Shown: piece by piece, positions 60,503 to 64,000 of the stretch
How positions within the stretch are numbered: the first letter of the stretch is position 1
How the letters are laid out: every line of letters starts with the position of its first letter
Origin: an uncultured Rhodospirillaceae bacterium
GTDB lineage: Bacteria > Pseudomonadota > Alphaproteobacteria > MPNO01 > UBA2964
Reading direction: 5' to 3'
Assembly: GCA_964499275.1 (NCBI GenBank)
Contig: CAZCKO010000003.1
Coordinates: 21,729 to 85,728 of the forward strand
DNA length: 64,000 bases
The notes under the pieces: model-generated
What the model was told of the DNA's origin: nothing
Database searches by the model: none
What the model saw: only the letters and a program-made list of their open reading frames with translations
Position numbers and translations under genes: made by a program

Positions 60503-61320
60503 GCAGAAAGACGATTAAGGTTCTTGATCATAACGTGAACGTCTTCGACGAAGGTGAAGGTGAACCTATAATTTATCTTCATGGGATTGCCGATATTCAT
60601 GGTCTCAGAGACGACCTCCCATCCCTAAGGTCAGAATTAGCCAAACGCCACCGGGTTATTTCGCCTGCTCACCCCGCCTGTTCTGGATCAGACGAGCGCG
60701 ATGATCTCGATTCTATGGAAGATCTAGTACTTCATTACCTCGATTTATTTGAAACCCTCGACATCGAAAAGTTTCACTTGGTGGGATCCTGCATGGGTGG
60801 CTGGGTATCGGCTGAGCTGGCCGTACGGTATCCAAAAAAAATTAAGTCCTTGAGCCTCATCGGAGCGAGCGGTTTATTTATAAAAGGACATTCAATCGCA
60901 GACTTATTTTGGGTAGCGCAGCCCGAGGATGGCCTCTATTACAACGACTTAAGACATATGCTTTTTTCAAGCTCAGAATCAAAAATAGGTAAAGAGCTAT
61001 TTCCGGATGGACGCGGTGACCTAGATAAGGAGTTATTGCGGTATGGTATGTTTCGGTTCGCTTCACGCTTTGGGTTTTCACCGCCTTATATGCATAATAG
61101 AAAACTAAAAAGCAGGTTAAGGCGTTACAAGGGACCGGCATTGATAGTTTGGGGTGAAAATGATCACCTGGTCCCAAGAGAACATGCCATTGCTTACTCA
61201 GAAGGCCTCGGCAATGCTCCTATAGAAATTATTGCAGAATGTGGCCATAGCGTTCAGGTCGAAGCACCGGCCGAAATAGCAGAGTTACTGAATAATATTT
61301 TGGAAAAAAATCCTAGTTAG
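60499..61320 (+). CDS. alpha/beta hydrolase with Cys in the nucleophile elbow (G-S-C-M-G-G)
   Basis: 273 aa. HGxxD oxyanion region (IYLHGIADIHG), nucleophile elbow VGSCMGG, and a C-terminal His (GHSVQ). Its start overlaps the LLM stop. Confidence 0.65.
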   Translation: MSRKTIKVLDHNVNVFDEGEGEPIIYLHGIADIHGLRDDLPSLRSELAKRHRVISPAHPACSGSDERDDLDSMEDLVLHYLDLFETLDIEKFHLVGSCMGGWVSAELAVRYPKKIKSLSLIGASGLFIKGHSIADLFWVAQPEDGLYYNDLRHMLFSSSESKIGKELFPDGRGDLDKELLRYGMFRFASRFGFSPPYMHNRKLKSRLRRYKGPALIVWGENDHLVPREHAIAYSEGLGNAPIEIIAECGHSVQVEAPAEIAELLNNILEKNPS

Positions 61321-61342
61321 CCTGTTATTTATTACTAATTGT

Positions 61343-62527
61343 TTACAGTTTTGGGTCCGGACTACCATGACCCAACCTGACATTGCCATAGAGGCCGGTC
61401 TGTACATCCCACACCAACCCTATATGTTGTGCAACAGCATGAACATCACGCCAAGCGCGCTGCATCGGATGAGTATCTTCCAACCCCCGTCCCCCGGTAA
61501 GGGGTAGAAGCGTATCAACGGCATCACAGCACGACTGCGCAATATGCCCGAGATTTAAACGGTAGCGTGCCCGTTCTTCGATCGTAAACTCATCGCCCGT
61601 CCGACCCTTCTCAACGACTACCATCCTCACTTTCTCTACCACCGCATCAGCCGCATCTATCAACGCCGTGGCATGGCTAATACGGGTATGGGCTGTAGCC
61701 GTTTTAGATAGATCAGCTCCCGTAACTGACTTGCGGCTAGTCAAGTCGCCAATAACATCATCTAGCGCGCCGCGCGCCGCGCCAAGTGCCGGACCAATTA
61801 TATTAAAGGGAAATACCGCAAAGACCGGTAGCCGGTATAAATAACTGCCATTAGCTTTTGATCCGGCAGTCTCTTCACCTCGCAATTCCAGCACTCTCAT
61901 CATTCTATAAGGCGGAACATAAGCGCCATCGACAACGATATCGTTACTCCCTGTTCCGGCAAGGCCTACACTGTTCCAAGTTGCCTCGATCGAACATTCT
62001 CTCAAGTCAATCAGCACAAATACAGGGTCTGGTGCTCCTTTATCATTTTCAGTCGGAACCATGGCTAAAACAATTGCCCAACGGCAATGATCAACGCCAC
62101 TTGAGAACCGCCAACGACCAGAAATATTTAGACCGTCCCCTTTGCGCTCTATCTCTCCCCCTATTGGCAGGAAGGATGTTGAGATGGCAACGTCGGGATC
62201 CTCTTCCCAAATTTCTGATTGTGCCTCATCAGGTAACATGCCCGCCATCCATCCATGGCAGGCCAAAATCCCACCAACCCAGGCTGACGATGCGCAAGCA
62301 CGACCGAGCTCACGCGCAAACATTGTCTGAGCTCCGTAATCAAGCTCTAGACCACCATAACGTGCGGGCTGGAGAGCGCGGTAAAAGCCTGCTTCACGAA
62401 ACTCTAAATGGGTATCTTTTGGCATACATCGATCACGCTCGGCCTGATGGGCCCTTTCCTTTAAAATGGGAATAAAATTCGTTGCCTTTTCAATTAATGC
62501 CGCTTCTGATGTCTGGTTTTCTATCAT
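61343..62527 (-). CDS. acyl-CoA dehydrogenase-fold flavin-dependent monooxygenase (HsaA/HpaH-C2-like)
   Basis: 394 aa with ACAD N-terminal, middle and C-terminal domain architecture. Its start abuts the stop of the next amidohydrolase. Confidence 0.65.
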   Translation of the reverse strand: MIENQTSEAALIEKATNFIPILKERAHQAERDRCMPKDTHLEFREAGFYRALQPARYGGLELDYGAQTMFARELGRACASSAWVGGILACHGWMAGMLPDEAQSEIWEEDPDVAISTSFLPIGGEIERKGDGLNISGRWRFSSGVDHCRWAIVLAMVPTENDKGAPDPVFVLIDLRECSIEATWNSVGLAGTGSNDIVVDGAYVPPYRMMRVLELRGEETAGSKANGSYLYRLPVFAVFPFNIIGPALGAARGALDDVIGDLTSRKSVTGADLSKTATAHTRISHATALIDAADAVVEKVRMVVVEKGRTGDEFTIEERARYRLNLGHIAQSCCDAVDTLLPLTGGRGLEDTHPMQRAWRDVHAVAQHIGLVWDVQTGLYGNVRLGHGSPDPKL

Positions 62528-63528
62528 TAAATTTTTATACCTAAGAACTTTGCCGCGTTAGCCCCCAAAATAGCATCTTGGGTGGATTTAGAAATCTTTT
62601 TCGCCTTTCGAATGAACTTTAGAGGGGTTTTCTCTCCAAATGGATAGTCGGTACCCATCATAATATTTTTGTTTGGAACCCGGGTCGCCAAGTATTCTAA
62701 CATATCAGGGTTAAACAAAACTGTTTCATAATTAAATCTCTTCAAATAGGAACTAAAACTACCCTTAAGCTGCTCACCAATGTGACCCATACGCTGAACA
62801 TGATCGTGCCGACCAGTATAAAAAGGTAAATAGCCGCCGCCATGTGCAATAGCAACCTTGAGGTTAGGAAACGCATCCATTACCCCATCATAGACAAGAG
62901 ATCCCTGTGCTAAAGCTTCCTCAAGTGGTTGGCCTACCGTGATCAATTGATAGTGTGGACGCATCCGGGGATCGGTACTGCCTGTCGGATGAATAAATAT
63001 TACTGCACCCAGTCTCTCGGCTTTCCTCCAGAAAGGCTTAAACTTTTTATGGCCAAGCTCATCCCCATTAACATTGGAACCAATAATCACACCCTTTAGC
63101 CCGTTTTTGTTGACGGCGCGTTCAAGCTCTTTTACCGCCAACCTCACATCCTGCAGCGGTACGGAGCCTATACCAACAAGCCGGTCTGGATATTTTGAAA
63201 CAGCCTCTGCCACCCGATCGTTACTTTGCCGTTCCATCCTGAGGCCCTCTTCCGGGCTTGCCCAATACGTGCACTGCTGGAGGATGCTCGGGCTGATAAT
63301 CTGTATGTCGACCCCCATCCTATCCATCTCTTTGAAACGCAAATTCATATCAGACATTCGATCAAGGGCTTGCTTGGGTATCCCAATACCCTTACTGCCT
63401 GGCCGTGCCTTCGTAATCGCACGGGCGAATTGGGAATGTCCAAAAGTCACTTCAAGCACTTCTGGCACTGCAATGTGAGCATGGAAATCGATGACGACAG
63501 GTTTCTTAGTCATATAAATTCCTTTCAA
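62527..63528 (-). CDS. amidohydrolase-2 family protein (ACMSD/LigW-like)
   Basis: 333 aa. N-terminus VIDFHAHIAVPE (HxH) and an amidohydrolase_2 barrel. Confidence 0.7.
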   Translation of the reverse strand: MKGIYMTKKPVVIDFHAHIAVPEVLEVTFGHSQFARAITKARPGSKGIGIPKQALDRMSDMNLRFKEMDRMGVDIQIISPSILQQCTYWASPEEGLRMERQSNDRVAEAVSKYPDRLVGIGSVPLQDVRLAVKELERAVNKNGLKGVIIGSNVNGDELGHKKFKPFWRKAERLGAVIFIHPTGSTDPRMRPHYQLITVGQPLEEALAQGSLVYDGVMDAFPNLKVAIAHGGGYLPFYTGRHDHVQRMGHIGEQLKGSFSSYLKRFNYETVLFNPDMLEYLATRVPNKNIMMGTDYPFGEKTPLKFIRKAKKISKSTQDAILGANAAKFLGIKI

Positions 63529-63585
63529 GGGTGAAAAAGAATAACCCTGACATGACTTGTATTAAAAGAAATAAGAGTGTGGGAA

Positions 63586-63831
63586 TCAGTCTGGGCGGAC
63601 TAATTTTCTGAACTCGTGGTTACGCTTAAGGTACCATTCCCGGCTCATGGCCCCAGACCGCGTTGCATAACGCTCGGCATATAGCAAAACCCATTTCCGT
63701 CCCCGGGTAGAGCGCGCGCCCTTTCCGGTATTATGGGCCGTTAGCCGACGTTCAAGGTTATTCGTCCAACCAACATAGGTTTGCCACCCACGAGAGGTTT
63801 TAGTGCCTAGAATGTAAACAAAGTTGTTCAT
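63586..63831 (-). CDS. small GIY-YIG nuclease family protein (YhbQ/UPF0213-like)
   Basis: GIY-YIG core FVYILG...YVGWTNNLERRLTAHN. The likely start is the internal Met (MNNFVYILG); the track ORF extends to 63870. Confidence 0.6.
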   Translation of the reverse strand: MNNFVYILGTKTSRGWQTYVGWTNNLERRLTAHNTGKGARSTRGRKWVLLYAERYATRSGAMSREWYLKRNHEFRKLVRPD

Positions 63832-63912
63832 GGAATAGCAGCATATTTCAAAACGTGCGAGCTCTGTCAAATTTTGCTAGTATAACTACGTTACAGTTAA
63901 AAGGTGCATCCA

Positions 63913-64000
63913 ATGGCTTTAAAAGGTGAAAAATTCATCGACGTTGAAGGGGTCCGCACACGCTATGTTGATCGCGGTACCGGTGAAACAGTCGTCCTTA
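63913..64000 (+). CDS. alpha/beta hydrolase, N-terminal fragment cut by window end
   Basis: MALKGEKFIDVEGVRTRYVDRGTGETVVL is a typical N-terminus of MhpC/BphD-type meta-cleavage product hydrolases. Confidence 0.45.
   Translation, partial: MALKGEKFIDVEGVRTRYVDRGTGETVVL

Noticed and set aside
63586-63870. Stand-alone GIY-YIG protein as a possible homing endonuclease or mobile-element remnant
   Set aside because: At about 82-94 aa it matches the ubiquitous YhbQ/UPF0213-type small GIY-YIG proteins found as ordinary chromosomal genes. No intron, intein or repeat context.
1-64000. Search for tRNA genes, rRNA, CRISPR repeats, IS elements, integrases or phage genes
   Set aside because: No tRNA-like T-arm or acceptor signatures, no direct-repeat/spacer arrays, and no transposase or integrase-like ORFs were seen. 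The only RNA gene supported is ffs.

Overview
The window reads as a chromosomal segment of a moderate-GC proteobacterium; the gene order is alphaproteobacterial-like, which is an inference. Positions 1-8.7 kb hold conserved housekeeping genes: fmt(partial)-def, rmuC, recR-ybaB-dnaX with an unannotated 4.5S/SRP RNA (ffs) just upstream of dnaX, nudC, pheA, kdsB and a CycM-like membrane cytochrome c. Positions 8.8-17.2 kb are one plus-strand operon: an inositol-monophosphatase-family gene joined to a yejABEF-type peptide ABC importer with a duplicated substrate-binding protein. From about 17.3 kb to the end the window is dense with catabolic and oxidative enzymes. These include five amidohydrolase-2 (ACMSD/LigW/LigI-like) paralogs, a UbiD decarboxylase, an enolase-superfamily enzyme, tandem VOC proteins, a class II aldolase, a CoA-transferase/thiolase-like/DUF35 trio and an enoyl-CoA hydratase. 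It also holds two xanthine-dehydrogenase-family molybdoenzymes (one IorAB-like pair, one orphan CoxL-like large subunit), a GMC oxidoreductase, TauD, a BVMO, an LLM monooxygenase, an ACAD-fold monooxygenase, a flavin reductase, several alpha/beta hydrolases, four MFS transporters, EmrAB, CopA and an ABC-F (Uup). No transposase, integrase, tRNA, rRNA or CRISPR array was seen. The most interesting item is a gene the ORF track misses completely: a Bcp-type peroxiredoxin on the minus strand (58656..59108) whose catalytic cysteine codon is an in-frame TGA, read here as a probable selenocysteine peroxiredoxin. The second is a 72-aa ORF translationally coupled to an amidase-signature enzyme, reminiscent of GatC/GatA or AtzG/AtzE pairs. 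All functional calls rest on motif and family recognition by eye; no database search was possible.
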